Virus record (IMG/VR): IMGVR_UViG_3300040801_003393
Span: 32,001 to 96,000 of that record
Direction: 5' to 3' (one strand)
Source of the DNA: a virus
DNA: 64,000 nt
Part shown: in pieces, positions 39,666-50,339 of the stretch
Layout of the letters: each line of letters opens with the position of its first letter
Position numbering within the stretch: position 1 is the stretch's first letter
Translations under genes and position numbers: made by a program
Notes under the pieces: generated by a model
What the model was told of the DNA's origin: nothing
The model's input: only the letters and a program-made list of their open reading frames with translations
Databases searched by the model: none

Positions 39666-40464
39666 GCGAGGATACCTAATTGTCGCCTATAATACAGGGT
39701 CGGTAGACTATGTTTCATGTGCAGAAGCTTGTGCAAAAAGTATTCGACTACATACGCCAAATGCAAAAATAGCGATACTTGGAAACGATAACATTATAAC
39801 AGAAGCATCTGATGTGTTTGATTTTAAAATACCAGCCCCATATCCAGTAGGAGAAAATGGTTTCGAAGTAGATTGGCAAATTGCATGGGCAAGTCCGTTC
39901 CGCCAAACAATTAAAATCGAAGCAGATATGATAATACCTCATAGTATAGATCATTGGTGGACAATGTTAGAAAAAAAAGATGTTGTATTAACCATTGGTG
40001 CTAGAGACGTTTACGGCAACGCTTCTGATGTTAGATATTATAGAAAAGTATTTGATGAAAACAACTTGCCTGATGTTTATAACGCAATTACATATTGGAG
40101 GTATAGTAAAACGGCAATTGACTTTTTTACATTAGTTAGAAATATTTTCCAAAATTGGAAAGAGATTCAACCAAGCATTAAGTTGGGTTTAAGTGATGTA
40201 GGCACGACTGACCTGGTATATGCAATTGCTGCTAAAATGTTTGGAGTAGAAGAAGTTACATTGCCAAATACGTCATATCCAACACTGGTTCATATGCGTG
40301 GAAAGATTAATAATTTGATACAAGAAGATTGGACAAAAGAGTTAACATGGGAACTGGATAAATCACATATAAGAATTAACACAATCGACCAAATATATCC
40401 ATTCCATTATATAGTTAAGGGGTTTAGTAAAGAATTAAATGAGCACTACAAACAATTTTTTTGA
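39649..40464 (+). CDS. GT-A fold glycosyltransferase-like protein (paralogue of the previous gene)
   Basis: GYLIVA..DYV, SPFRQTIKIEADM, VHM. Confidence 0.6.
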   Translation: MPIKDERGYLIVAYNTGSVDYVSCAEACAKSIRLHTPNAKIAILGNDNIITEASDVFDFKIPAPYPVGENGFEVDWQIAWASPFRQTIKIEADMIIPHSIDHWWTMLEKKDVVLTIGARDVYGNASDVRYYRKVFDENNLPDVYNAITYWRYSKTAIDFFTLVRNIFQNWKEIQPSIKLGLSDVGTTDLVYAIAAKMFGVEEVTLPNTSYPTLVHMRGKINNLIQEDWTKELTWELDKSHIRINTIDQIYPFHYIVKGFSKELNEHYKQFF

Positions 40465-40783
40465 GGCGTTAAAGTTAATAGAACAACCAAAAAAGGTTGA
40501 TATATTCTTTCGTTTATATTATAATGAAATTACCGGACTTCCACTTTATTATTCAATGGAAGATCTTGAAGGACCTTACATAGAAATTTCTAAAGAAGAG
40601 TTTGCGTTAGCAGACTTCAACGTGTTTATTAAAGATGGAAAGATTAAGAAAAAGAAAATGCTTTCTATAGGGAAGTTGGTTCCAAGTAATGTGGGATATC
40701 AAGTCCATAAAGATGATATATCTATAATAGACAATACTTCAAATAGATTTTGGAATAATAAGACCTATGACGCAGACGATTGA
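40439..40783 (+). CDS. Hypothetical protein
   Basis: ORF overlapping both neighbours within the operon. Confidence 0.65.
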   Translation: MSTTNNFFEALKLIEQPKKVDIFFRLYYNEITGLPLYYSMEDLEGPYIEISKEEFALADFNVFIKDGKIKKKKMLSIGKLVPSNVGYQVHKDDISIIDNTSNRFWNNKTYDADD

Positions 40784-41708
40784 TATTGCAGACCTAGATG
40801 TTGTATTTCTGACCTATGATGAACCATTAAAGGAAGAGTTCTGGGTTAAAATTAAAAACATGGTGCCGTGGGCAGTTCGAGTCGATGGTGTTAAGGGAAG
40901 TGATGCTGCCCACAAAGCAGCGGCAGATGCAGCACAAACAGATCGATTTATACTAATTGATGGAGATAATTTACCAGATCCAGAATTCTTTAATTTGGTA
41001 TTAGAATTCCCAAATAATGAGTATAATAATGCGGTATTTCGATGGCGAGCACGGAATCATATTAACGGACTAATGTACGGCAACGGTGGAATTTCGTGCT
41101 GGACAAAAGAGTTCGTATATAATATGAAAACACACGAAGCATCTGTGGGTAACGATGAAACTGATATTGAGTTTTGCTTTGACCCGTTATATTGGCCGAT
41201 GCATGATTGCTATTCCACCACCCACCCAAATCAATCTGCAATGCATGCATGGCGCGCAGGGTTTCGCGAAGGAGTAAAGATGTGCCTTAATAAAGGAGCA
41301 TTGCCTACCATTGGTGAGTTTAAAGATGCAGTTCACAAGCGCAATATGGACCATTTAAGTATTTGGCATAATGTTGGCCTTGACGTTGATAATGGCGCCT
41401 GGGCAATTCTTGGAGCAAGGCAAGGTACTCGGTTAACTATGTTTAAAGAATGGAATTATAAACAAGTACACGACTTTGATCACTTAAATACTTTGTTCAT
41501 TGAGTTAACCAGTGCATTTGAACCCAATTGTGTTTTGGATGAAATCGAACGACTAGGTGAAGAATTAGCATCGCAGTTAGATTTACCAATGTGCGTATTA
41601 ACACCCAATCAAAGCAAATTCTTCAAACATCATTATCGGAGTAACTGGCGCAATCGTGGTCCAATGGTTAGAGAGATTGATGTTATTCGCGAGGAAGAAG
41701 GCTGGTGA
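40767..41708 (+). CDS. Glycosyltransferase-like protein (GT-A, DGD motif)
   Basis: LDVVFLTYDEP, ILIDGDN, NGLMYGNGG, AWRAGFREG. Confidence 0.6.
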   Translation: MTQTIDIADLDVVFLTYDEPLKEEFWVKIKNMVPWAVRVDGVKGSDAAHKAAADAAQTDRFILIDGDNLPDPEFFNLVLEFPNNEYNNAVFRWRARNHINGLMYGNGGISCWTKEFVYNMKTHEASVGNDETDIEFCFDPLYWPMHDCYSTTHPNQSAMHAWRAGFREGVKMCLNKGALPTIGEFKDAVHKRNMDHLSIWHNVGLDVDNGAWAILGARQGTRLTMFKEWNYKQVHDFDHLNTLFIELTSAFEPNCVLDEIERLGEELASQLDLPMCVLTPNQSKFFKHHYRSNWRNRGPMVREIDVIREEEGW

Positions 41709-43078
41709 ATAAATCAAAATTTTTAACTGACGCTGAGTCGATGAGGAAGAAGTTAGATAATATAAGCCCTTCTCTATGCTTAGCGAAATGGAAGCAAGTA
41801 AGTTTACATTTACCAACCGGTCTGAATAACTCGTGCTACCACCCACCATTGCATAAAATTCCAGTAGATGAAATTCGACGCAATCCAGCTGCATTACATA
41901 ACACGCCACACAAAAAAGAAATGCGCAGGCAAATGATGAATGGAGAAAGACCTGCTGAATGTTCCTATTGCTGGAATATGGAAGACAATAGAAAGTTAAG
42001 TGATCGGCATTATCGTTCAGGCGAACCGTGGGCAGCTAAGGACTTTGACGCGATTGTTGCAAACCCAGACGCAGATGTCGTTCCTTCGTATGTAGAAGTG
42101 AACTTTAACCATGCGTGCAACTTGGCGTGTTCTTACTGCTCACCTCAATTTTCATCAACTTGGATGCAACAAGCAAAATCTTTAGGAGCTTATCCAACAA
42201 CTACACCTCATAATGATCCTCAGTATTTCACTGGTGATCGTCGGCCTATTCCAAATCGTGAGGATAATCCGTATGTGGAAGCGTTTTGGAAATGGTGGCC
42301 AGATCTCTACAAAGATTTAATACATTTCCGTATGACCGGTGGTGAGCCACTTATGGATAAAAACACTTACAAGGTGTTTGACTATGTATTGGAGAACCCA
42401 AAAAAAGATTTACATTTAAATGTAACTTCTAACTTTTCTGTTGATCATGAACTGTGGTGCAAGTATTATGACTACGTCAAACACTTGTGCAACGGACAGA
42501 TTGAACATTTTATGCAATATGTTTCTTTGGATTGCTTTGGCAAGCAAGCAGAGTATTTACGTGCCGGAATGGATTTTGGAACAGTTTGGCAACGAGTGCA
42601 TCAATTTTTAGCAGGCATACCCGAATATAGTAGCATCACATTTATTATTACGATGAATAATTTGTCTATCCACTCGTTTAGACAGTTGCTCGAAGGGATT
42701 TTGCAATTACGGCAATCATATAGCAGAACGTATCAACGTGTATGGTTTGACACACCTGTATTACGAACTCCCGCTTGGCAGAGTTTACAAGTATTGCCCG
42801 ATCATTATGCTGATCAGTTGCAAGAAATACACGATTGGATGTTAGAGAATCTCGAAACACCAGATAACCCTTTTAAAGGATTTAAGGATTACGAGGCACA
42901 TAGACTAGACCGAGACATTGCCTGGATGCGTAATGGCACAGATAACTTAGTGCAAAAGAAAGCAGATTTTTATCGATTTTTCTCCGAATACGATAAGCGC
43001 CATAACTATAACTTTGAAAAAACTTTTCCAGAACTTCAACCCTTTTGGGAAGAATGTAAGTATTACGCTACCGTTTAG
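41705..43078 (+). CDS. N-terminal Twitch radical SAM protein
   Basis: CLAKW..SCYH..CSYCW, then CNLACSYC; TGGEP. Confidence 0.9.
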   Translation: MNKSKFLTDAESMRKKLDNISPSLCLAKWKQVSLHLPTGLNNSCYHPPLHKIPVDEIRRNPAALHNTPHKKEMRRQMMNGERPAECSYCWNMEDNRKLSDRHYRSGEPWAAKDFDAIVANPDADVVPSYVEVNFNHACNLACSYCSPQFSSTWMQQAKSLGAYPTTTPHNDPQYFTGDRRPIPNREDNPYVEAFWKWWPDLYKDLIHFRMTGGEPLMDKNTYKVFDYVLENPKKDLHLNVTSNFSVDHELWCKYYDYVKHLCNGQIEHFMQYVSLDCFGKQAEYLRAGMDFGTVWQRVHQFLAGIPEYSSITFIITMNNLSIHSFRQLLEGILQLRQSYSRTYQRVWFDTPVLRTPAWQSLQVLPDHYADQLQEIHDWMLENLETPDNPFKGFKDYEAHRLDRDIAWMRNGTDNLVQKKADFYRFFSEYDKRHNYNFEKTFPELQPFWEECKYYATV

Positions 43079-43115
43079 TAAATACAAAAACCACATAAAA
43101 TAAAGGGAGAAAACA

Positions 43116-43376
43116 ATGGTAGATGTAGTGACGTCCGCGAACGAAGAATTGTACCGCCGAGCATTTGCAATTATGCAAAATCACACAATGGAATGTATTG
43201 AAGAAACAGTTACAGATATGGCACAATTACTGGCAAAAGTTTGCTGTGCATTTGGTGTACCGCAAGACGAAATACTAAATCAAATTACTATAGAACAATT
43301 CGACTATCATTTAAGAAAAATACTTGACAGCAAGGATTGTATGTGCAATAATAATTCGCATGACTCTAAGAAATAA
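43116..43376 (+). CDS. Hypothetical 86-aa Cys-containing protein
   Basis: GGGAG RBS; GTAAATA late-promoter variant at 43078-43084. Confidence 0.6.
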   Translation: MVDVVTSANEELYRRAFAIMQNHTMECIEETVTDMAQLLAKVCCAFGVPQDEILNQITIEQFDYHLRKILDSKDCMCNNNSHDSKK

Positions 43377-44718
43377 AACTCGAGAAACTGATTTACAAAT
43401 AAAACAACACCTGGATAGTTTTAGCCCGTCACTGTGCCTGGCAAAATGGTATAACGCCACTATATGGCTCGGTAGCGGACAAACCACTTCATGCCATCAC
43501 CCACCCGCACACCAAATTAGTGTTAGCGACATTGGGCGCAATCCAAAAGCAATACATAATACCAAAGAGAAGAAAGAGCAGCGGTCCCAAATGTTGCGTG
43601 GTGAAAGGCCAGCCGGATGTGATTATTGTTGGAAGATAGAAGACATCGACTCGGAAAAGATTTCAGACCGTGTTTATAAGTCAGTCATTTATAACGACGA
43701 TGATTTAGAATTTGCGGTGGGACAGAATCCAAACAATGACTTTGACCTTAAAACCCTAGAAATTGCCTTTGACCGAACTTGTAATTTTGCATGTTCATAT
43801 TGTAATCCTGCTTTTTCGTCTGAATGGGTTAAAGATATAAAGAATAATGGGCCCTATTCCAATTTGAAATCCGATGGGAGAAATCACTTTACTCACGCAC
43901 ATGATTCGGCCCAGCCGTTTAAATTAGATGAAGAGAATCCTTATGTTGAGGCATTCTTTAAATGGTGGGAAAGTGATTTGCATAAAACTCTATTTGAGTT
44001 AAGATTAACTGGTGGCGAGCCTTTGATGTCTCCATATACATGGAGATTATTTGATTGGTTTATACAACATAAGTCAAAAATGCGGTTTGCAATCAATAGC
44101 AACCTAGGAGCAAAAGATTCCTTAATTGATAAGTTGATAGAAACATCACACGCTATTGAGGACTTCCATCTTTATACTTCAAACGAGAGTATGTATGAAC
44201 ATGCAGAGTATATTCGTGACGGGTTAATTTGGGATCAATGGGATAAAAACGTTAATAGGATAATAGAAGAAGGCAACATTAAAGGGTTCCATATGATGTG
44301 TACCATTAACGCATTATGTTTAGAATCGTTGCCAGACTTCCTAGATTATCTATTAGACCTTAAACGAAAGTATGGAAAAGATTTCCCAACGTTTACGTTA
44401 AATATTTTACGATTCCCTAGTTTCCAGAGTCCATTGGTACTTCCGTTGGAGTTGCGTGGGTTTTTTCGTAAAAGATTGTACGATTGGTTAGTGGCTAATC
44501 AAAATAATGATCTACTTCATCAAATGGAAATTAATCAAGTTAATAGACTAATAGACTATTTAGATGTTGTAAAAACACCGCACAACAATGTATTCGATAT
44601 AGAATCATTATTGCATAATGACTTTTATCATTTCTATAAGCAATATGATGAGCGCCGCCGCAAGAATTTTACAGAAACATTCTCTCAAATAGCATCCTGG
44701 TACCGGAGTTTAAAATGA
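43360..44718 (+). CDS. N-terminal Twitch radical SAM protein
   Basis: CLAKW..SCHH..CDYCW, CNFACSYC, TGGEP; ATG 43360 follows TTGACA-17-AATAAT at 43324-43352. Confidence 0.9.
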   Translation: MTLRNKTRETDLQIKQHLDSFSPSLCLAKWYNATIWLGSGQTTSCHHPPAHQISVSDIGRNPKAIHNTKEKKEQRSQMLRGERPAGCDYCWKIEDIDSEKISDRVYKSVIYNDDDLEFAVGQNPNNDFDLKTLEIAFDRTCNFACSYCNPAFSSEWVKDIKNNGPYSNLKSDGRNHFTHAHDSAQPFKLDEENPYVEAFFKWWESDLHKTLFELRLTGGEPLMSPYTWRLFDWFIQHKSKMRFAINSNLGAKDSLIDKLIETSHAIEDFHLYTSNESMYEHAEYIRDGLIWDQWDKNVNRIIEEGNIKGFHMMCTINALCLESLPDFLDYLLDLKRKYGKDFPTFTLNILRFPSFQSPLVLPLELRGFFRKRLYDWLVANQNNDLLHQMEINQVNRLIDYLDVVKTPHNNVFDIESLLHNDFYHFYKQYDERRRKNFTETFSQIASWYRSLK

Positions 44719-46379
44719 ATTTAAAAGAAATTCTATCTAAGATAGAAACAGAATACGATGTGATTACAATTATTGAACTAAATCAATGGCGCGAGTTGCC
44801 TTTTTATAAACGAGAATCCTGGTTAAAGAAAGCGTTATACCAAGCAAGGAAAGATGTTTATCAAAATAAAGAAAGAATTGTGCTGACGTTAACGGTTGAT
44901 TACCAGGCAGATTTAATTTTAGAAATTGTAGAGCGTCTTATATTTGAAATTGATATTAGTGATTTTTTTGTTACATTCATTACTAATCTTAATCTATCCA
45001 GCGACCGAATTTCAATAATTAGGTGTGATAACCCAGTTATAACTGTCGTTGATGGCGATGATGTAGAAATGAAATTGATTAAAAAACTTTCCCCGGGATA
45101 TATTTCCATCGCACCAGAAAAAAGAGATATATCTACATTGACTAATTCACAGGCAAATTTACTTTTAGAAAGTGAGACATTTTGTATGTATCCTTGGATA
45201 CATTTACATGCATACCCAACAGGCGAAGCCTGGCCATGTTGTCATGCTGAGAGATCTCCAGGAGAACTTGGTTCCTGTCGGGAACAATCACTTCAGGAAT
45301 TGTGGAATAGTCCGAAACAAAAGCAGCTAAGAAAAGACATGTTAGCCGGGGTCCCAAATAGTTATTGTATTCGTTGTTATGAACGGGAAAAAAGTGGATT
45401 TTTTTCTGGCAGGCAATGTGCCAATAAACACCACGGTCACCATATAAATCGAGTTGATCATACAAAAGAGGACGGGCATTTAGATCAATTCGAAATGACA
45501 TATTGGGATATTCGTTTTTCTAATTTGTGTAATCTTAAATGTCGCTCATGCGGACATATATTTTCATCTACTTGGTATCAAGATCAAGTTGCATTGGCCG
45601 GACCGGATTGGGGCAAGAAAAATAAACCGTTACAAATTGCTGGACGTTACGAAGGAGATTTATTCCAGCAACTATTAGAACATGTTGATCGTGTTGAACA
45701 AATATATTTTGCAGGTGGTGAACCATTGATGATGGAAGAGCATTACGCTATATTAGATGAACTTGAAAAGCGTAATATGTTCCATGTTCGGTTAATTTAC
45801 AATACAAATTTTACAAAAACAAAATTTAAGGATAGAGAGGTTTTTGATTATTGGCGTAAGTTTAAGTCAGTGTCGGTCGGCGCAAGTTTAGACGCAATGG
45901 GTCCGAGAGCAGAGTACATACGATCTGGAACTAAGTGGGAAACAATAGAATCCAATCGCAAGCGAATGATGGAAATTTGCCCTGAGGTAGACTTCTATGT
46001 TAGTGCTACTCTTAGTATCATGAACGCATTGCATTTGCCCGATTTCCATCGCGAATGGGTAGATAAAGGTTTTATTAGAGGACAAGACTTTAATGTTAAT
46101 ATTCTTCAGGATCCGGCATTTTATCGAATCGATATTGCGCCTCAAGAAATGAAGAAAGAAATCGAACACCGATATATAGAACACCTACTTTGGCTCAAGG
46201 GGCAAGATCACATTGAGCGTGCAACCAATGGATTTGAAAGTGCTATTAGATATATGAATGCAACAGATAACTCATACCTAATAGGTAAATTTTGGGAGAG
46301 AACTCTGCAATTAGATGAACTGCGCAATGAATGTATATATGATTATATTCCTGAGTTGAAGAGGTTACACAATGACTGA
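44715..46379 (+). CDS. Twitch radical SAM protein with extra N-terminal module
   Basis: CMYPW..PCC..CIRC, CNLKCRSC, AGGEP. Confidence 0.9.
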   Translation: MNLKEILSKIETEYDVITIIELNQWRELPFYKRESWLKKALYQARKDVYQNKERIVLTLTVDYQADLILEIVERLIFEIDISDFFVTFITNLNLSSDRISIIRCDNPVITVVDGDDVEMKLIKKLSPGYISIAPEKRDISTLTNSQANLLLESETFCMYPWIHLHAYPTGEAWPCCHAERSPGELGSCREQSLQELWNSPKQKQLRKDMLAGVPNSYCIRCYEREKSGFFSGRQCANKHHGHHINRVDHTKEDGHLDQFEMTYWDIRFSNLCNLKCRSCGHIFSSTWYQDQVALAGPDWGKKNKPLQIAGRYEGDLFQQLLEHVDRVEQIYFAGGEPLMMEEHYAILDELEKRNMFHVRLIYNTNFTKTKFKDREVFDYWRKFKSVSVGASLDAMGPRAEYIRSGTKWETIESNRKRMMEICPEVDFYVSATLSIMNALHLPDFHREWVDKGFIRGQDFNVNILQDPAFYRIDIAPQEMKKEIEHRYIEHLLWLKGQDHIERATNGFESAIRYMNATDNSYLIGKFWERTLQLDELRNECIYDYIPELKRLHND

Positions 46380-47949
46380 GTATCGACGATTAGCCACAAT
46401 AAATGCCAATGAATTTAGGTCAAAGTTCGAACTTATTAAAGAACTAAAAAAATATTATAAAGAAGAATATCAAAATGACGAAAGAATAGTTGTTAACATC
46501 AATGAAACATTTAATAATAGCATCTACGGTGACCATCTTTCGATGTTACAACTTGCATTGAATGATATTGATATATCAAACTTTTTTATTCTAGTTAATA
46601 GTAATGATAACAATATTAAAGAACATGTTAAGTGGGTTACTGATAACCTGAGTTACGATACAGTTTCTGTGCAAATTTCAGAAACCAACAATGATAGATA
46701 CCAGGCAACAAGATCCCAATTAAAAACCAGATATCCTCAATTAAATATCCCAACTGAGTCTTTTTGTGTGTTGCCATGGATTAGTCTTGAAGCCGGGCCA
46801 ATTGGCACGGTTCGTCCTTGTTGCTTAACAGACGACGAAATAAAAGACGAGTACGACCAACCTTATACGTTAACAGAAAATTCACTGAGCGAAATACATA
46901 ATTCAGAGTGGATGCAAATTTTACGTTCAGAATTTCTTCAGGGTAAGAAGCCAACGACTTGTCGAAAGTGCTGGGACACAGAAGCCGCAGGTATTAAAAG
47001 CAAGAGACAACATATGCAAGACCGGTTAAAGGAGATCCTGGCTACGGAAATAAAATGGACAGAAGATGCAAAATCACTAATGTTTCTTGATTTAAAACTT
47101 GGAAATATCTGCAACTTAAAGTGCCGTATTTGCGGAAGTTGGTCTAGTTCAACTTTTGCTACAGAAGAATTAGAACAAGTTAAAAGTAAGAAAGATAGTT
47201 GGCATTATGTAATGCTATCGCAAGGACGCTGGCCGCGTACATCGCCACACTTTTGGGAAGACCTATATAAGATGAGTTCAGACTTGCGGTATATTGAATT
47301 TACCGGTGGTGAACCATTTATGATTAAAGAGCACTTTGCATATTTGCAATACCTAGTCGACCAGGGTTTTGCACAAAACATCGAAATACATTATAACACA
47401 AATGGAACACAGTGGCCAGAAGAGCATATACACTTATGGAAACATTTTAAGTTAGTTGAAATTGCTTTCTCAATTGACAATATTGGAATTCGATTCGAAT
47501 ACGAAAGAACAAATGCTACGTGGCCGGAGGTTGTTTATAACCTAAAACATTTCTTTGAACTGCGTAACAAAAACAAAAATATTCAGTTGCAATTATGTAC
47601 AACCATTAATATTTATAATGTTTTGTACTTAGAAAGCATCTGCCATTGGGAATTTTTTGATAAGTTTGATTTTGTTTATTGGAATATGTTACATAATAGC
47701 CCAGAAAATTGCATTCAAGCGTTGCCGCCTTCAGTGAAGTCCGCTGTGGCTGCAACACTACGTCGCGCGAAGGTTGACGAAAAAACTCGTCAAGAGTTTG
47801 ATAAAGTCATTGAATTCATGAATAGATCAAACGGTGTGTTTCCTAAAGCAGTTACAGATCGAATCGACGAATTAGATGAGAGAAGAGACCATAGTTTGCG
47901 TTCTACTCATCCCGAATTATATAGGCTCTTATATGAAGAGGCCAACTAA
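46372..47949 (+). CDS. Twitch radical SAM protein with extra N-terminal module
   Basis: CVLPW..PCC..CRKCW, CNLKCRIC, TGGEP. Confidence 0.9.
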   Translation: MTEYRRLATINANEFRSKFELIKELKKYYKEEYQNDERIVVNINETFNNSIYGDHLSMLQLALNDIDISNFFILVNSNDNNIKEHVKWVTDNLSYDTVSVQISETNNDRYQATRSQLKTRYPQLNIPTESFCVLPWISLEAGPIGTVRPCCLTDDEIKDEYDQPYTLTENSLSEIHNSEWMQILRSEFLQGKKPTTCRKCWDTEAAGIKSKRQHMQDRLKEILATEIKWTEDAKSLMFLDLKLGNICNLKCRICGSWSSSTFATEELEQVKSKKDSWHYVMLSQGRWPRTSPHFWEDLYKMSSDLRYIEFTGGEPFMIKEHFAYLQYLVDQGFAQNIEIHYNTNGTQWPEEHIHLWKHFKLVEIAFSIDNIGIRFEYERTNATWPEVVYNLKHFFELRNKNKNIQLQLCTTINIYNVLYLESICHWEFFDKFDFVYWNMLHNSPENCIQALPPSVKSAVAATLRRAKVDEKTRQEFDKVIEFMNRSNGVFPKAVTDRIDELDERRDHSLRSTHPELYRLLYEEAN

Positions 47950-49261
47950 TAAACCAGATAATTTGTGTATGGCTCCTTGGACCCATACATATCTTTCTCC
48001 GCAAACAGAACGACGAATGTGTTGTGCAAGTAGAGAACCAGCACAGAACTTTGAGCAGTACATTGATACTGCCGCAGGGTCTGGCCAGTATGAACCATTA
48101 ACTCTTGAAGAGCACTGGAATGGTGATCATATGCGTTCAGTACGTCGACGTATGATGTACGGAGAAATATTGCCAGAGTGTGAGGTATGCAATCATAAGT
48201 TATTAAACACTGATGTTTACCGTGATTACTTCTGGCATCTATTTAAACACAAGTATGATGACATATGGGACTTAACCGACGAGTCGGGCTATACAGAGAT
48301 GGAACCGATTAGTTGGGACTATAGATTTTCAAACTTGTGTAACTTTGCATGTATGCAATGTGGTGATATGCTAAGTTCGCAATGGGAAGCGGAAGAGCGC
48401 AAACATGATATGATTAACTGGCACGATTCTAAAAATAATTGGATGAAGCCAGAGATACGTTCTCAAATTAAAGACTTTCAAGTAACACAAATCAACGAAG
48501 AATTTTCCAAAGCAGTTGAAGAACATCGAGTAGAAGAAATATACTGGGTTGGTGGTGAGCCGTTGATGATGGAAGAACACTGGCGGTATATGAAACGTAT
48601 TGTTGACTTAAATGACGGCGGAAGAGTTTATGCAAGATACAATACAAACTTGTCGAGAGTAGAGTACAAAGGAGTACATTTGTATCGAGATATATTACCA
48701 TATATTCGTGACTGGCAAATATGTGCAAGCATTGATGGGTTAGGCGAAATAGGCGAGTATATACGTTACGGGTTAAGCGAATCGGTATTTTTAGACAATT
48801 ACTATGCAGGACTGGAGATTGCAAAGAACCCTCGCAACATGCGGTTGGATTTTACTTTAACCCTGCCAGGATTATTTTGCATGAAGGATATGTTTAATTT
48901 AAGTAAAGAAACAAATACAACCTTATTGTCAAAAGTAACATTTGCGTTTAGCCCAGACATTATGATGTCACCACTTATGTTACCACGTACAATACTAGAA
49001 CGAATAGTTAAAGAGTTCTTAACATGGGCAGATAATGAGGGCTGGGATAATAATCAACGCCCATTAATTGATGTATTGCAAAACTTATTAAATCGTCCTA
49101 CGTTTGAGGAACGGTGGCCAGAACAATTTAGAGAAGGCCAAGTTAAAGGTAAAAATCGTACTAAACGGATCGAGTCGATTAGGTTGCAATCTTGCACCTT
49201 AGAAGATATACTTAGAACAGAGGACACGGAAGCATATGAATGGTACAAAAGTATTGCTTGA
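47933..49261 (+). CDS. N-terminal Twitch radical SAM protein
   Basis: CMAPW..MCC..CEVC, CNFACMQC, VGGEP. Confidence 0.9.
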   Translation: MKRPTNKPDNLCMAPWTHTYLSPQTERRMCCASREPAQNFEQYIDTAAGSGQYEPLTLEEHWNGDHMRSVRRRMMYGEILPECEVCNHKLLNTDVYRDYFWHLFKHKYDDIWDLTDESGYTEMEPISWDYRFSNLCNFACMQCGDMLSSQWEAEERKHDMINWHDSKNNWMKPEIRSQIKDFQVTQINEEFSKAVEEHRVEEIYWVGGEPLMMEEHWRYMKRIVDLNDGGRVYARYNTNLSRVEYKGVHLYRDILPYIRDWQICASIDGLGEIGEYIRYGLSESVFLDNYYAGLEIAKNPRNMRLDFTLTLPGLFCMKDMFNLSKETNTTLLSKVTFAFSPDIMMSPLMLPRTILERIVKEFLTWADNEGWDNNQRPLIDVLQNLLNRPTFEERWPEQFREGQVKGKNRTKRIESIRLQSCTLEDILRTEDTEAYEWYKSIA

Positions 49262-50339
49262 TGAGATTGAAATTCAATTAAGAAACATCGATACTGGGCA
49301 CTTACATACAATTTACATTGATGTATTTGATACCTCGCTATCGAGAAAATGGTATGCAGCATTAAACGGGTTATTAGAAAATAAGAATCACCTGGAAAAG
49401 AATTATTGCTTCATGGGTTTTGCTGATTATGCTCGCAATGGCGAGTATATACTAAACAAAGTTAACGAGTCTATTGCTGCTATTAATGAGGCAGACTTAG
49501 GATACGTCATAAACGATAACTTTACAATGGACAATTCGCTTGAAAGCGGAGAAGTCGGGCCTAACCTCCCAGGACGAAAAATTATACACGACAAGTTTAA
49601 TTGGCTCCATCGATACTTTGAAGACCTTCAAGGAACGTTTGGCCACGGCGGTAGCGGTTCATCATTTTATAACCGTGCTGATCCCAAAACAAAATGGCAT
49701 ATACGTCAACTTAATTTGCTTTGTCACGAATTTGAAAGTTGGGCACTATCGTATAGAAAAGTAATTGAAGCGCCCGAGTGGCAACGTCCATCGACATTAA
49801 TGTGTTGGATAAATGCTCCGCGCTTTGAATTAACAGAAGAAGATTATGAAAGTTTTGGAATTGAAACATTAAATCGTCCGTATGGTGGTGTACACGTTGG
49901 TGTAAATAAAGCAGTCGGAAAGCACCACTGGGAGGTTTTTGTTGACGAGGGCGATGCATATGATCGATCCAAGGATGAAACCGTAACCTCAGTATTACGA
50001 CCGCAATCACAAGCCGCTGGAGACTTTGATATTGAGTGGGGAAAAGGTGTTGCTGAATTTAGTTTCCATAAAGAAAAAATAGAAAAGTTTCAGCAATGGC
50101 TTATTAAAAACGGATGGGATCCAGAAGATAAAAGTTTAACAATTGGACATCCACAAGTAGGACAAGTTAATTTGATTAAATCGTTTGGTACCAGTGATCC
50201 TGCTACCGGCTGGGAAATTTTAAATAATCACCTAGATGTTTACTCGGTTCATACTAGTGAAGCAAGAGCGGAGTATCCATACCATTGGTCCGATAAGGAT
50301 TATATGGAGCAACAAGTAAAGGCATTAGGAGGCAGGTAA
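49236..50339 (+). CDS. Hypothetical protein in the rSAM operon
   Basis: 367-aa ORF overlapping the upstream gene; LHRYFE and LCHEFE His/Glu motifs. Confidence 0.7.
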   Translation: MNGTKVLLDEIEIQLRNIDTGHLHTIYIDVFDTSLSRKWYAALNGLLENKNHLEKNYCFMGFADYARNGEYILNKVNESIAAINEADLGYVINDNFTMDNSLESGEVGPNLPGRKIIHDKFNWLHRYFEDLQGTFGHGGSGSSFYNRADPKTKWHIRQLNLLCHEFESWALSYRKVIEAPEWQRPSTLMCWINAPRFELTEEDYESFGIETLNRPYGGVHVGVNKAVGKHHWEVFVDEGDAYDRSKDETVTSVLRPQSQAAGDFDIEWGKGVAEFSFHKEKIEKFQQWLIKNGWDPEDKSLTIGHPQVGQVNLIKSFGTSDPATGWEILNNHLDVYSVHTSEARAEYPYHWSDKDYMEQQVKALGGR

